Shown: positions 1-9,932 of the stretch, one piece after another
Numbering within the stretch: position 1 is the stretch's first letter
Layout: every line of letters begins with the position of its first letter
Assembly: GCA_963716175.1 (NCBI GenBank)
Contig: OY970296.1
Coordinates: 832,001-896,000, forward strand
Direction of reading: 5' to 3'
Length of the DNA stretch: 64,000 nucleotides
From: an uncultured Armatimonadetes bacterium
GTDB lineage: Bacteria > Armatimonadota > Hebobacteria > Hebobacterales > Hebobacteraceae
Notes under the pieces: model-generated
Databases searched by the model: none
The model's input: only the letters and a program-made list of their open reading frames with translations
Told to the model about the DNA's origin: nothing
Program-made: the position numbers and the translations under genes

Positions 1-409
1 CGGCCGGATCAACCAGGTAGACTTTGTACCGGCCCAGCGCGGACCTGAGGTAAGCGTCCTGGATCAATGGGCGGGGGGTCTCGCGAGGCTTCTTAGGATT
101 CTGCCGGATCTGGTCAATGCTGATCTCGGTGCGCTCTGCTCCTTCCCGCATGGCCCCCGTGGTGATCAGCCGCACATCGGGATGGTGCCAGCGCGCGATC
201 AACTGGCAGGACTGGCATTCGCCGCAGGCCGATCCCGAGGACTCATTGTTCAGGCAGTTCAGCGCTTGCGCGAAGAGCACCGCCGCGGCGGATTTTCCCA
301 CACCCTCCGGGCCCCAGAAGAGATAAGCGTGCGCGACCCGGTCTCGCCGGATCGCGTTCTGCAGCACCGTCGTCGCTCTCGCTTGTCCAATCAGCTCACC
401 GAGTTGCAC
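1..409 (-). CDS. holB: DNA polymerase III subunit delta' (N-terminal part; runs off window edge)
   Basis: Manual translation from GTG 409: MQLGELIGQARATTVLQNAIRRDRVAHAYLFWGPEGVGKS...ALNC...ACGECQSC...HHPDV...ISIDQIR; conserved tmk-darA-holB order. Confidence 0.92.
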   Translation of the reverse strand, partial: MQLGELIGQARATTVLQNAIRRDRVAHAYLFWGPEGVGKSAAAVLFAQALNCLNNESSGSACGECQSCQLIARWHHPDVRLITTGAMREGAERTEISIDQIRQNPKKPRETPRPLIQDAYLRSALGRYKVYLVDPA

Positions 410-487
410 TCTGCCTCACACCGCCTCCGGCCCTACCACAGAGCCCGCCTGCGTCCATCGCCGTTCACCTGCGGCCCGGCCGCTCCC

Positions 488-817
488 TTACAGCTTCTCG
501 AAGCGCTCCACATCCAGCACGAACACGGTCGCGCCCCCCACCTGCACCTTCACCGGGCTCGGGATGCAGGTCCCGATGGGTTCGATGGTGGGAGGGAAGA
601 CATTCACCAACTGCTCGCGGGTCTTGGAGTGCGCGCCGATCACCTCGATCACCCCATCCACTTGCTCTTTCTCCACCCCCACCAGAAAGGTGACGTTCCC
701 CTCCCGCAGCAGCCCGCCGGTGCTGGCGACGATGGTGAACTGATACCCCCGCTCCAGCAGCGCATCCATGACCTTGCGATGATCCTTATCCTGCACTACC
801 GCGATGACGAGCTTCAC
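488..817 (-). CDS. darA: cyclic-di-AMP receptor, PII-like (DarA/PstA/YaaQ family)
   Basis: MKLVIAVVQDKD...ASTGGLLREGNVTFLVGVE...VGGATVFVLDVERFEKL; lies between tmk and holB. Confidence 0.92.
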   Translation of the reverse strand: MKLVIAVVQDKDHRKVMDALLERGYQFTIVASTGGLLREGNVTFLVGVEKEQVDGVIEVIGAHSKTREQLVNVFPPTIEPIGTCIPSPVKVQVGGATVFVLDVERFEKL

Positions 818-1464
818 GGTGCCTCCCTCTGCGACGCCCCAGGCGGGCGGCGCTCCTCTGCTAACAGCCCCCGCACCAGCTCCGTGACTTGCGCCTGCAC
901 GATGTGCACTGCAGGCCTGCCGTCCACCAGCTTGATCCGCTGCGGCTCGGCCCGCGCCAGCTTCCGAAAGCCCTCCGCCACTCGCTGCCTGAACTCGCGG
1001 CCTTCTGATTCTAGCCTATCCAGGCGGTCCCCGTCCAGTCGCGCTTGTTCGGGCGGAAGGTCCAACACCAGCGTCAGATCGGCTTCCACACCGCTCGTCG
1101 CCAGGGCATTGAGCCGGCGCAGAAGGTCCAGATCCAGACCCCGCCCATATCCCTGGTAGGCGAGCGTGGAATCGCCGTAACGCTCGCACACCACCAGGCA
1201 GCCCTGGGCCAGAGCCGGCCGGATCACCTCGGCCACATGGAGGGCGCGGTCCGCGAGATAGAGGAATAGCTCGGCCTCGGCCGGGATGCTGTGGTCGCGG
1301 GAAAGCAGAAGATCGCGGATCGCCTCTCCCGGCTTGGTCCCGCCCGGCTCCCGGGTCAGACGCACACAGTGCCCCTCGCCCTGGAGCCAGTCTGCCAGCA
1401 GGCGCGCCTGCGTGCTCTTGCCGCAGCCATCTATCCCCTCCAGAGTGATGAAGAGGCCTGGCAC
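814..1464 (-). CDS. tmk: thymidylate kinase
   Basis: FITLEGIDGCGKSTQ P-loop, TREPGGT, ERYGDSTLAYQGYGRG. Confidence 0.96.
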   Translation of the reverse strand: MPGLFITLEGIDGCGKSTQARLLADWLQGEGHCVRLTREPGGTKPGEAIRDLLLSRDHSIPAEAELFLYLADRALHVAEVIRPALAQGCLVVCERYGDSTLAYQGYGRGLDLDLLRRLNALATSGVEADLTLVLDLPPEQARLDGDRLDRLESEGREFRQRVAEGFRKLARAEPQRIKLVDGRPAVHIVQAQVTELVRGLLAEERRPPGASQREAP

Positions 1465-1467
1465 CAG

Positions 1468-2683
1468 CTACCACCCCATCGTCAACTGGGTTTCCGAGGC
1501 GTGCGCCACCGCCTTGCCGTAGTGTCCGCCGCCCCCGGGCAGAAGCGGAAGCCGCCCTTCCCGCGCCTGGATGATCAGCTCTGCCGCCTTCTCGCCCACC
1601 ACCTGCACCAGCTCCTCTCGACCGGCCTCGTGCAGCACCCGCATTCTCAGTGCCGAAGCGGTTGAGCAGCTTCCCCAGTGTCACCGCGCCCACGCCTGGC
1701 AGGAATTGCAGCGGGACCTGGTAGTGGTAGGGCGGGCGGTGCTGCGGGGGCCGCGGTTCCGGGTAGTCGGCGATTTCGGCAATGCGATCGAGCACTCCTT
1801 TCACCACCTGGCTGCTTCCGCACAGGGGACAGACCGCCACCGGCGGCTCGGCCGAGGTGATCACCTGGCAGGTCGGGCAGAAAGTCCGATGATACTTGCC
1901 CAGTCGAGGATCGAGCCCGTAGTTCGCCAGCACCCCACGGCCCCGCTCTCTCCGCAACGCCCACATCACCTCCTCGAAGCTTACCTCCTCCAGCCACAGC
2001 ACATTGTACTCGCGGGCGATGCGCGGCAGAGAGTGTGCATCCGAGTTCGACGTGAGCGTTACCATCGCCAGCTCACCGATGCGATCGGCCAGGTAGCTGT
2101 CTGCGCTCAGGCCCAGCTCGACCGCCACCAGCCCGGCCAGGCCCTCCTCCCTGAACATGTCTCCAAGTCGCCGCACACAGCTCCCATAGACGCTCTTGTG
2201 CGGCGTGAAGGCATGGGCCGGCATGAAGGCCCCGCCCGCCTGCTGCGTCATCCTCAGCAGTTGCCGGGCGGAGAGTCGGCACCGCTGGGAGCTGAGTTCG
2301 AGATTGGTCACGAACCCGCGCAGCAGGCCGACGAAGACTCGCAGTTGCTCCCGGGCGGGAAAGAACGAGACCTGGTGGGAGATACCCCCATTCTCCTCCA
2401 CCGTCTCCAGCTCGCAGCCCAGCAAGACGGTAGTCTTCTCCCGATACCTCAGTCCTCCCCCGGCCAGCTCCACCATCTCGCCCGCCCCCACCAGGGCGTC
2501 TATCTCCGCCATCACCGCGGGTGATCCACAGTCCACGATGCCGGCCACGTCTATCCCCTTGCGCGTGGCGCATTCCTTGGCGATGTTCTCGAAGGTTAGA
2601 TCCCGGGCCGCGGTGATCTTCACCGGCCGCCCGCTGGCGGTGCGGCCGATGTGGATGTGAAGATCAGCGTAGACTCTGCCCAT
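1468..2683 (-). CDS. endonuclease Q family / PHP-domain protein (YqxK-like), one extra base near 1645
   Basis: ADLHIH, PAHAFTP, ELGLSAD, SNSDAHS, GKYHRTFC..C zinc ribbon; removing one base at ~1645 restores GTEMRVLHEA...GGGGHYGK...TAG at 1468. Confidence 0.85.
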
Positions 2684-2710
2684 GCTCCCCCGACCTCGCG
2701 CGCTGCGGCT

Positions 2711-3304
2711 CTATCCTTCCGCGGCGGCGCCCGCCGCGGCTCGCGCGGCCCGCACCCGGCGGCACACCTCCTCCAGCATCCGTTCGGCCTGCTCCGTCTC
2801 ATCCTGTCCGCCGGGGATCACCAGGTCGGCATAGGCCTTGGTCGGCTGGCAGTACCCCCGGTGCCGGTAGCGCACCGAGTCCAGGTAGAAGTCACAGATC
2901 CGATCGAGATTATGCCCGCCTGCCACGTTCCTGCGGATACGGCGCACGATGCGTTCGTCCGCCTCCGCCTCCACGAACAGCTTGAGGTCCATCAGGCCCC
3001 GCACCTCGGCATCGTGGAGCGCCAGTATGCCTTCCAGGACGACCACGTCGGCGCCTCCATCCCGCGCCGCCCGCAGCGCGAGCCGGAGGCTGGCGAAGTC
3101 AAACGATGCTGGGTGGTTGTAGTCCGGCCAAGTGCGGTCCCCGGCCTGGTTGCTGTGCCGCGGCAGCTTCGCGGCATCCCAGAAGAAACGATCCTGGTTA
3201 ATCACCTCGACGCTCAGCGGCGCCAGCCGCTCTTTCAGCTTGCCCGCGATGGTGGACTTGCCGGAGGCGCTGCCACCACCGATCCCGATCACGAAGGCCG
3301 GCAT
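2711..3304 (-). CDS. udk: uridine kinase family protein
   Basis: [41 protein letters not shown]. Confidence 0.85.
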   Translation of the reverse strand: MPAFVIGIGGGSASGKSTIAGKLKERLAPLSVEVINQDRFFWDAAKLPRHSNQAGDRTWPDYNHPASFDFASLRLALRAARDGGADVVVLEGILALHDAEVRGLMDLKLFVEAEADERIVRRIRRNVAGGHNLDRICDFYLDSVRYRHRGYCQPTKAYADLVIPGGQDETEQAERMLEEVCRRVRAARAAAGAAAEG

Positions 3305-3831
3305 CGCCGGCGCTCACCGGTGGCGCGGGCCTTGCCCGCGCTCCCGAGTGTGGACTGGCTGCAAGCGGCAGCCTCGCTGCCGCCTAGGCCGGTGTGCCCG
3401 AAGCCGCCCGCGCCTCGCCCGGTGGCCTGGAGGTGCTCTTTGAGCTCCACCCGCACCCGTGTCACTGGTGACACCACCAGCTGCGCGATGCGATCCCCCC
3501 GCCGCACCAGGAAGGCCTCCGAGCCGTGATTCACCAGCACCACGCACACCTCGCCCCGATAATCGGCATCAATCGTGCCCGGCGTGTTCAGCACAGTCAC
3601 CCCGTGCCTGGCGGCGAGGCCGCTGCGAGGCCTCACCTGGGCCTCGTAACCTGCGGGAAGCGCAATCCGGATTCCGGTGGGGATCACCGCGAAGGCGCCT
3701 GGAGCCAGGCCCAGCTCTCCCGCCACCGCCGCGCACAGATCCAGGCCCGCCGCATGCTCCGTCATATAAGCGGGCGGGGACAGATCGCGTGCTCCCTCTA
3801 GCTGCTCGACCGCGAGGATGACATCCCTCAA
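3289..3831 (-). CDS. dut: dUTP diphosphatase
   Basis: [36 protein letters not shown]; start reassigned to TTG 3831. Confidence 0.93.
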   Translation of the reverse strand: MRDVILAVEQLEGARDLSPPAYMTEHAAGLDLCAAVAGELGLAPGAFAVIPTGIRIALPAGYEAQVRPRSGLAARHGVTVLNTPGTIDADYRGEVCVVLVNHGSEAFLVRRGDRIAQLVVSPVTRVRVELKEHLQATGRGAGGFGHTGLGGSEAAACSQSTLGSAGKARATGERRRCRPS

Positions 3832-4076
3832 GGCTCGACCCACCACCTGCCAAGTTCGAGCATGACTTCTCTGCCCCGAGAGCGAATCCCTCCCGCAAGG
3901 CTGGCGAGGAGAGGGCGGTGAGACACCAGAAGAAGCGGCGGCTTCGGCTCTTCGGCCGGGCTCTGGTGCCACCCGGCCGCTTTCACTCCACCAAGCGCGG
4001 GAAACGCGGTTACCTCCGCCGCGAAGCCCGGAAGGAAGAGCGCCAGGCTAAGGATGACGCTGGCGAGCGGCAGTGA

Positions 4077-4997
4077 TCAGGGCAAGCGGCGCGCGCCCAC
4101 GTAGCGCCGCGCGTAGTAGCCCGCCTCCAGGGTGTCTACCCGCACGCGGCCGCCGCCACTGGAGGCGTGGACGAACTTTCCGTCCCCGATGTAGATCCCC
4201 ACATGGGAGATCCCCCGCCCCCGGGTGTGAAAGAACACCAGATCATCGGGCTGCAGGCTCGTGCGGCTCGCGGGTGTGCCGAGCTGGTACAGTGCCCGCG
4301 AGCTGTGTGGGGCCCTGATCCCGCGCGCCCGCAGCACCCGCGCCACCAGCCCTGAGCAGTCCATGCCGCGGGAACTCATGCCCGCGTAGCGGTAGGGCAC
4401 GCCCCGGTATTTCAGGGCGTCCGCCGCCAGAGCACCGGCATCGCCAGGGCCGCCCGCTGTTTCCGCCTCTGGCCTCTTGTCTCCCCTGGACTCGGCCACC
4501 GCGCGCCCGCCCGGCGTCTGGCGGGTCAGGCGGCGGCCAGGCCCGGCGGCGCCGGCCGCCGGAATCTGGAGGCGCTGCCCCGGGCGAATCAGCCGGTGGG
4601 CCTGGATGCCGTTGGCCTTCAGGAGTGCTGACAGGTTCACGTGAAAGCGCTTGGCGATTTGGGAGAGGCTATCGCCTCGGAGCACGGTGTACCGCCGCTC
4701 GGCCCGTGGCGCCGCCGCCTTGGTCTTAGCCTTCCCCTGGGGTCTCGCCGCCGGCTTCTGGACATCCGAGGGCCCGGCTTGGGCCTGGACTGTGGCGGCT
4801 GGCGCCGCCCCGACCGCCGGCGAGAGACCTCCACTCACCTCGACCGCGGCGGACCACGGCGACGACAGTGTGGAGCGGATCGAGCTCTCCTCTGGCGTGA
4901 GAACCCTGGTCTCACAGACCGGGGTGAACGCCAGCAGGGCAAGGGCGGCCACCCCCAGGCCAGCCCACCGCGAGGCATGAGTTTGCATGATGATCAA
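4077..4997 (-). CDS. LysM + NlpC/P60 peptidoglycan endopeptidase
   Basis: Signal peptide, LysM (YTVLRGDSLSQIAKRF), NlpC/P60 (GVPYRYAG..GMDCSG, SHVGIYIG, FVHAS). Confidence 0.92.
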   Translation of the reverse strand: MIIMQTHASRWAGLGVAALALLAFTPVCETRVLTPEESSIRSTLSSPWSAAVEVSGGLSPAVGAAPAATVQAQAGPSDVQKPAARPQGKAKTKAAAPRAERRYTVLRGDSLSQIAKRFHVNLSALLKANGIQAHRLIRPGQRLQIPAAGAAGPGRRLTRQTPGGRAVAESRGDKRPEAETAGGPGDAGALAADALKYRGVPYRYAGMSSRGMDCSGLVARVLRARGIRAPHSSRALYQLGTPASRTSLQPDDLVFFHTRGRGISHVGIYIGDGKFVHASSGGGRVRVDTLEAGYYARRYVGARRLP

Positions 4998-5109
4998 GAC
5001 GACTTCGCGCCACGCCCAGGCGCGAAGACGCGCTCTCCGTGCTAGTTTGTCCCTGGCCCAGCCGCCGACACTTAAGTGTAACCCTGATGCCCCGGCGGCA
5101 AGGTGTCAC

Positions 5110-5138
5110 ACCCTAGCACAAAACTGGCTGTGCTGCAA
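5110..5138 (-). promoter_or_regulatory. putative sigma70 promoter of LysM/NlpC gene
   Basis: TTGCAG-N17-TAGGGT with TG extension, minus strand. Confidence 0.4.
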
Positions 5139-5144
5139 GCCCCC

Positions 5145-5762
5145 CTAGGCCAATTTGGCCACTTTTCCCAGGAGCCCGGCGAAGTCCAGCAGAGGCTGTG
5201 GAAACAGCCCTAGCGCCAAAAGCAGCCCGATCAGCACCACCGCCAGGGCCGCCCGCACACCCCCGAGGGCGGGCGGCGGCGGCGCTCGCACTGCCCACAG
5301 GGCTGGCGCCAACCCCGCGGCGCCGGCCGCCATCGCCAACGCGGTCACCCCGCCCCAGCCCGCCCCAAGCAGCGCATGGTATACCATCACCTTGGCCGAG
5401 AACCCCGCCGTGGGCGCCAAGCCCACCAACGTCAGCCAGGCGCACCCCCGACCCACCGTGCCTAGCAGTCCGGCAGGTGGAGTTCCTTCCTGCGGGCGGC
5501 CAAGGCAGAGAGCGCCCAGCACGGCCGCGAGGCCGACAGCGCAGAGCTGCACCACCGAAGCCCGAAACCCATCGCTCTCCCGGAGATGAAGCGCCGCCGC
5601 CAGCGAGAGGATGGCCGTGGCGCACCCCGCGATCACCATCCAGGCGAAGCTGCTGTCCGCGGAGCGGGGCCGCAACGCCAGAGCGGTGGCGACCACCAGC
5701 AGCCCGCCACCCAGGAGCAGAGCTATGATCATCGCTGCGGAGGCCGAGGAAGGGCCGATCAT
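5145..5762 (-). CDS. truncated proton-conducting transporter membrane subunit (NuoN/MrpD C-terminal-like)
   Basis: ATG 5762 overlaps upstream TGA (ATGA); hydrophobic; LTLVGLAPTAGFSAK motif. Confidence 0.65.
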   Translation of the reverse strand: MIGPSSASAAMIIALLLGGGLLVVATALALRPRSADSSFAWMVIAGCATAILSLAAALHLRESDGFRASVVQLCAVGLAAVLGALCLGRPQEGTPPAGLLGTVGRGCAWLTLVGLAPTAGFSAKVMVYHALLGAGWGGVTALAMAAGAAGLAPALWAVRAPPPPALGGVRAALAVVLIGLLLALGLFPQPLLDFAGLLGKVAKLA

Positions 5763-7276
5763 GGCGACACCGAGAGGGCAGTGCGCATCATCGCCTCGCT
5801 CCACTGCAGGGATGGCTCCGTCCACAGACCGGAGATCAGCAGAGCCACGACCAGCAACACGAGCTGGGCCGAGAGCCAGAACGGGGCCGGCTTGGTAGGT
5901 GGTGGTGGCTCCCGGCGCAGGAAGGCCTGCCGGAACCCATTCACCACGGCCGCCGCCAGCGCCGCGTTTCCCGCGACCACCACTGCTGCCAGCACAGGCC
6001 GACCGCCGGCCAGCAGGGCGGAGACCAGGAGACGCTGCACCTGGAAGCCTGCCAGCGGCGGCAACCCAGCCAGCGATAGACCCCCGGCCAGCAGCGCCAG
6101 GCCGGTGAGCGGCATGGTGCGAAGCAGGCCGCTCAGGCCCGCCAGACCATCGCTGCCGACCCGAGCAGCCACATCGTTGCTCACGCACCAGGCTGCCAGC
6201 ACCGCCAGCGGCGCGAACACCAGGTGCAGAGCGGCGGCCTGCAGCGCACCTCCCACGCCGCCAGGGCTAGCCGCCGCGCCGAGCGCCAGCAGCAGATGCC
6301 CCGCTTGGGCTACCGTCAGCCACACCGCCAGCGCCCCCAACTCCCTCGCGTACCAGGCGCGCAGCGCGCCCCACCAGAGCGCAACCAGCCCCAGGACCAG
6401 GCTCCACCCAGCGACGGACGGGATGGTCGGGAGCAGCAGACTTCCCGGCAGAAGCCGCAACAGCGCCGCACAGCCGACAATCAGCACCAGCGGCGCGGAG
6501 ATCAAGGCCGCGCTTCTCCCAGCAGGCAGCAGGGCGGGCAGCCAGCCGTATCCCGGAAAGGCGAAGATGCGCGGCAGAAAACCTAGGAGCAGCAGCAGAG
6601 CGATCAACCGCAGCAGCGGCGGCTCCACCGACAGCAGGAGCAGGGGTAGATCGTGAAGCGAGGTGTTGCCGGCCTTCTGCCACATCACCAACGCTCCGCC
6701 CAGTATCAGCACGCCGCCGAGATGAACGTTGGCCAGCATGCGGCCGGCCCCGGGGGCTTGCCCGCCGGCCGTGTGGAGGGCCTGCCCGCCGGCCGTCTGG
6801 CGGACCAGCAGCCAGAGGCACACCAGCATCAGCTCCAGGAAGAACACCAGCGCGATCAGGTCTGCACTCAGCACCGCGCCGATTCCGGAGCCCTGCGCGG
6901 CCAGCAGCAGCGCGGCACGATGAGCCGACGACGGCCTCTCCTCCGGCGATCGGAGGACCGGCTGGGAAAGGCCCTGCGGGTACAAGCAGGTCAGAAGCCC
7001 AACGAGATAGATCGCCAGCGCCGCCGACAGAGACAAGGTGTCCGCCTGGAGGCGGAGGTGATAGAGATCCCTGGTCCACCAGTAGTCAACCGCCACCCGT
7101 CCACCGGCCAGCACCGTCGGCATCAGGGAGATGGTGAGGCCCAGGCCCATCAGGGAGGTCAGAGCCACCAGGGAGAACGGCGCCCAGGCTAACGCGGCCC
7201 GCTCGGCCTCAGAATGCAGGCGGAGGGAGAGGCGAGGAAAAAGCGCCGCACACCCGGCCACGAAGAAAGGCACCAC
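5759..7276 (-). CDS. proton-conducting transporter membrane subunit (MrpD/NuoM-like)
   Basis: LQADTLS, DLIALVFFLEL, FPGYGWLP, LSLAGLPPLAGF; many TM helices; start may be ~50 nt upstream. Confidence 0.8.
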   Translation of the reverse strand: MVPFFVAGCAALFPRLSLRLHSEAERAALAWAPFSLVALTSLMGLGLTISLMPTVLAGGRVAVDYWWTRDLYHLRLQADTLSLSAALAIYLVGLLTCLYPQGLSQPVLRSPEERPSSAHRAALLLAAQGSGIGAVLSADLIALVFFLELMLVCLWLLVRQTAGGQALHTAGGQAPGAGRMLANVHLGGVLILGGALVMWQKAGNTSLHDLPLLLLSVEPPLLRLIALLLLLGFLPRIFAFPGYGWLPALLPAGRSAALISAPLVLIVGCAALLRLLPGSLLLPTIPSVAGWSLVLGLVALWWGALRAWYARELGALAVWLTVAQAGHLLLALGAAASPGGVGGALQAAALHLVFAPLAVLAAWCVSNDVAARVGSDGLAGLSGLLRTMPLTGLALLAGGLSLAGLPPLAGFQVQRLLVSALLAGGRPVLAAVVVAGNAALAAAVVNGFRQAFLRREPPPPTKPAPFWLSAQLVLLVVALLISGLWTEPSLQWSEAMMRTALSVSP

Positions 7277-7409
7277 GAACAGCCATACCAGGATGATGTT
7301 GTTCGGTTGGATAGGGGCCGTGAGGATGGCGGCCTCCCCTCGCCCACGGTAGGGCAGGTCTGAAACCTCCCCCCACCCCGAGTCTCAAGCCTACCCCGCG
7401 CCGATTGCG

Positions 7410-8714
7410 CTACAGCTCGTCCCCCGCCTCCTCGGCTGCCGGCCGGCCGGCCGGTCCTTCGGTGGCCTGGGCCTTTGGCCGAGCGATGATGTAGGCGCTC
7501 ACTTGGTCCAGCAGCACCGTCTGTCCCTCCCCATACACCTGCACCCGCACCGTATGGGTCCCGGGAGGCAGGCTCGACGTGTTCCAGCGATACCCGTAAG
7601 GCGGGATGTTCATGATCGCCCGTGTCACCTCGTCCACCGCGAAGGTGACGAAGGTGGCCGGAGGGCCGGTGTAGCTGACGACCAGGTCCACCCGCCCTCG
7701 CAGCGTTGATCCCGGCTCGGGGAAGAGCACCAACTGCGGCTGAGCCTGAGAGGCTGCGACGGACCACGCCAGAGCGGGCGGAGTGGCAGGCGCCAACTCC
7801 TCTCCAGTATCGTAGGCTGCCGGCGTCTCACCTGTCGCCGTCTCGGCCCCCTCGGCCGCCTCGACGCCCTCCGCGGCTTCGGCTGATCCGGCCTCCTCAG
7901 CCGCTGCGGTCGTCTCAGCCTCCTCTGGCGCCTCTTCGCTCACCCCCTCCGCGGGCAGACTGGCAACGGTGACGGCGCCGGCCGTCCAGCTCGGTGGCGC
8001 TACATAGGCGGGCAGGAAGATGGTGTCGAGCAGCCCGCCCTCATAGTAGGCGTACTCCAGGCAGATCGCCAGCCCGGCCAGGTACTCGGCGGCCGAAAGC
8101 CGCTCCCCGTCTACCCACACCGCGCTGGGCACCCTGCGCAGTTGGTCCACCCAGCGCACGGTGGCCGCATCCTGGTCCAGGAACGACTCAGTGGGGATCT
8201 CCTTCCCCACGCTGACGTCAACCTCGGCCTCCGAGATGTCTTCTGCCTCGACCTCCGGCCGGGCCACATTGCCTGGTGTGATCGGCACCACGTCCGGCAG
8301 TTCGCCGTTGACGCGCCACAGGTCCACGGTCCGGGCCAGCAGGATGAAAGCCTCCGCCGCCGACAGCGTCCGCAATCCCTCCCCGGTCACCACCTGCACC
8401 AGATCCGGCAGTTGCCCGCTTTCCCCAACGTAGGCCGAGATAAACTCGGCGAGGTCCACCACTGACTCCCCCGAGGCCTCGGCGCTCGAGACTGCCGACC
8501 TCGACCCCGCTTGCCCGCCGCCTGCCCGGAGGGATTGCTCGCCGGCGTCACCTGCGGGATACGCCTCCAGGCCCGGCGCGGCTGGTGCCACCTCCTCCGC
8601 CGTGAGCGCAGCCCCCTCAGAGGAGTCGGCCTCCCATTCGGTCTGGGCCCAGCTAGCCGACGCGGCCAACACCAAGAGAAAGACGACGAGCAGTGCCGCT
8701 TTCCCACGCATCAT
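7410..8714 (-). CDS. secreted protein with pseudomurein-binding-like repeats, acidic linker and C-terminal Ig-like domain
   Basis: Signal peptide ..ASASWA; repeated helix-G.LP..V units; C-terminal PPYGYRWNTSSLPPGTHTVRVQVY (Big-type). Confidence 0.65.
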   Translation of the reverse strand: MMRGKAALLVVFLLVLAASASWAQTEWEADSSEGAALTAEEVAPAAPGLEAYPAGDAGEQSLRAGGGQAGSRSAVSSAEASGESVVDLAEFISAYVGESGQLPDLVQVVTGEGLRTLSAAEAFILLARTVDLWRVNGELPDVVPITPGNVARPEVEAEDISEAEVDVSVGKEIPTESFLDQDAATVRWVDQLRRVPSAVWVDGERLSAAEYLAGLAICLEYAYYEGGLLDTIFLPAYVAPPSWTAGAVTVASLPAEGVSEEAPEEAETTAAAEEAGSAEAAEGVEAAEGAETATGETPAAYDTGEELAPATPPALAWSVAASQAQPQLVLFPEPGSTLRGRVDLVVSYTGPPATFVTFAVDEVTRAIMNIPPYGYRWNTSSLPPGTHTVRVQVYGEGQTVLLDQVSAYIIARPKAQATEGPAGRPAAEEAGDEL

Positions 8715-8771
8715 GCTCTCCTCTTCCCACCGGCGCCGAGTCGTTCAACCTGGCTGGGCGGGTCCGTCCGA

Positions 8772-9932
8772 TCACCCGCTGTCCAAGTGAACCCGCTGCA
8801 CTCGCCGACCGATCACCGTCGGTATCTCGTGCAGGCAGGTCTCCGCCCATCGCGCGAGGTCGTTCGCCGTCACCCGGTGCTTTCCCTGTTGGCCGATGAG
8901 AACTACCTCGTCGCCCACCTGCGCCTCCCGGGCCGAGGTGATATCAACGATCACGTGGTCCATGCACACGGTACCGATCACCGGGCATACCTGGCCTCGT
9001 ACCAGCACGTGGGCCCGGTTGGAGGCACGGCGGGGATAGCCATCAGCATAGCCCAACGGCAGCACCCCGGTCATGCACTCTCCCCGGGTAACGTGGGTTC
9101 CCCCGTACGAGATCGGGCTGCCCGCAGGCATCCGCTGGGCGAAGGCGAGCCGCGTCTTCCAGCTCAGCGCCGGCCTCAGGTCGAGGGCCTCGAGGCCCTG
9201 TGGGGGAGCTGACACGTCCGGCCGGATGCCGTAGATCAGCAGGCCCACTCGCACCGCGTCCAGCCGCATCTCGGGGAACCGCAGTGTGGCCGCGCTATTC
9301 GCCAGGTGGCGCACGCCGGGGGCGATTCCGACCGCGGCCATCGCCGCCAGCGCCTGACGGAAGCGCCGCAACTGCTCCTGCACATAGGAGCTGTCGGCCT
9401 CTTCGGCCGTGGCCAGGTGGGAGAAGACTCCTTCCAGGCGCAGGCCCGGCAGGCCCCGGAGGAACTGGGCGAATTGCCCGCTTTGCTCCGGCCTTACTCC
9501 CAAGCGTCCCAACCCCGTGTCCATCTTCAGGTGCACCCGCGCCGGGTGGCCCAGTCGTGCTGCCGCTTTGGACAGGGCCTGCGCCATGGCGGTGTGGCAA
9601 GCCGTCTGGATGATGTCCCCTCGCACCACCTGGGCCGCCAGCCGGGGCTCCCCGGCAGAAAGCAGCAAGATGGGTGCCCCGATGCCAGCCCGTCGCAGCT
9701 CGGCCGCCTCCGGGTAGGAGGCCACCGCCAGCCCTGTTGCCCCTCCCTCCAGTGCCGCCCGCGCCGTCGGCACCGCCCCGTGGCCATAAGCATTGGCCTT
9801 GACCACCGCCCACACCCCGCAGCCGGGCCCGAGCAGGTCTCGCAGGTTGCGCACGTTGTGGCAAACCGCGGCGAGATCCACCTCCACCCACGACGCCGAC
9901 CGCGGCCTCGGCGCCCGCCTAGCTGCGGCCAT
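8772..9932 (-). CDS. alr: alanine racemase
   Basis: AVVKANAYGHG (PLP Lys), HLKMDTGLGRLG, ISYGG, GYADG, VCMD. Confidence 0.96.
   Translation of the reverse strand: MAAARRAPRPRSASWVEVDLAAVCHNVRNLRDLLGPGCGVWAVVKANAYGHGAVPTARAALEGGATGLAVASYPEAAELRRAGIGAPILLLSAGEPRLAAQVVRGDIIQTACHTAMAQALSKAAARLGHPARVHLKMDTGLGRLGVRPEQSGQFAQFLRGLPGLRLEGVFSHLATAEEADSSYVQEQLRRFRQALAAMAAVGIAPGVRHLANSAATLRFPEMRLDAVRVGLLIYGIRPDVSAPPQGLEALDLRPALSWKTRLAFAQRMPAGSPISYGGTHVTRGECMTGVLPLGYADGYPRRASNRAHVLVRGQVCPVIGTVCMDHVIVDITSAREAQVGDEVVLIGQQGKHRVTANDLARWAETCLHEIPTVIGRRVQRVHLDSG

Noticed and set aside
1016-1644. Long C-terminal extension of endonuclease Q overlapping tmk
   Set aside because: Artefact of the indel at ~1645
4077-4079. 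Selenocysteine readthrough of TGA
   Set aside because: The NlpC/P60 domain ends naturally here and no SECIS-like hairpin was recognised
4998-5110. c-di-AMP (ydaO) riboswitch upstream of the LysM/NlpC gene
   Set aside because: The position fits, but the leader is short and the conserved motifs were not recognised; an Rfam scan is needed
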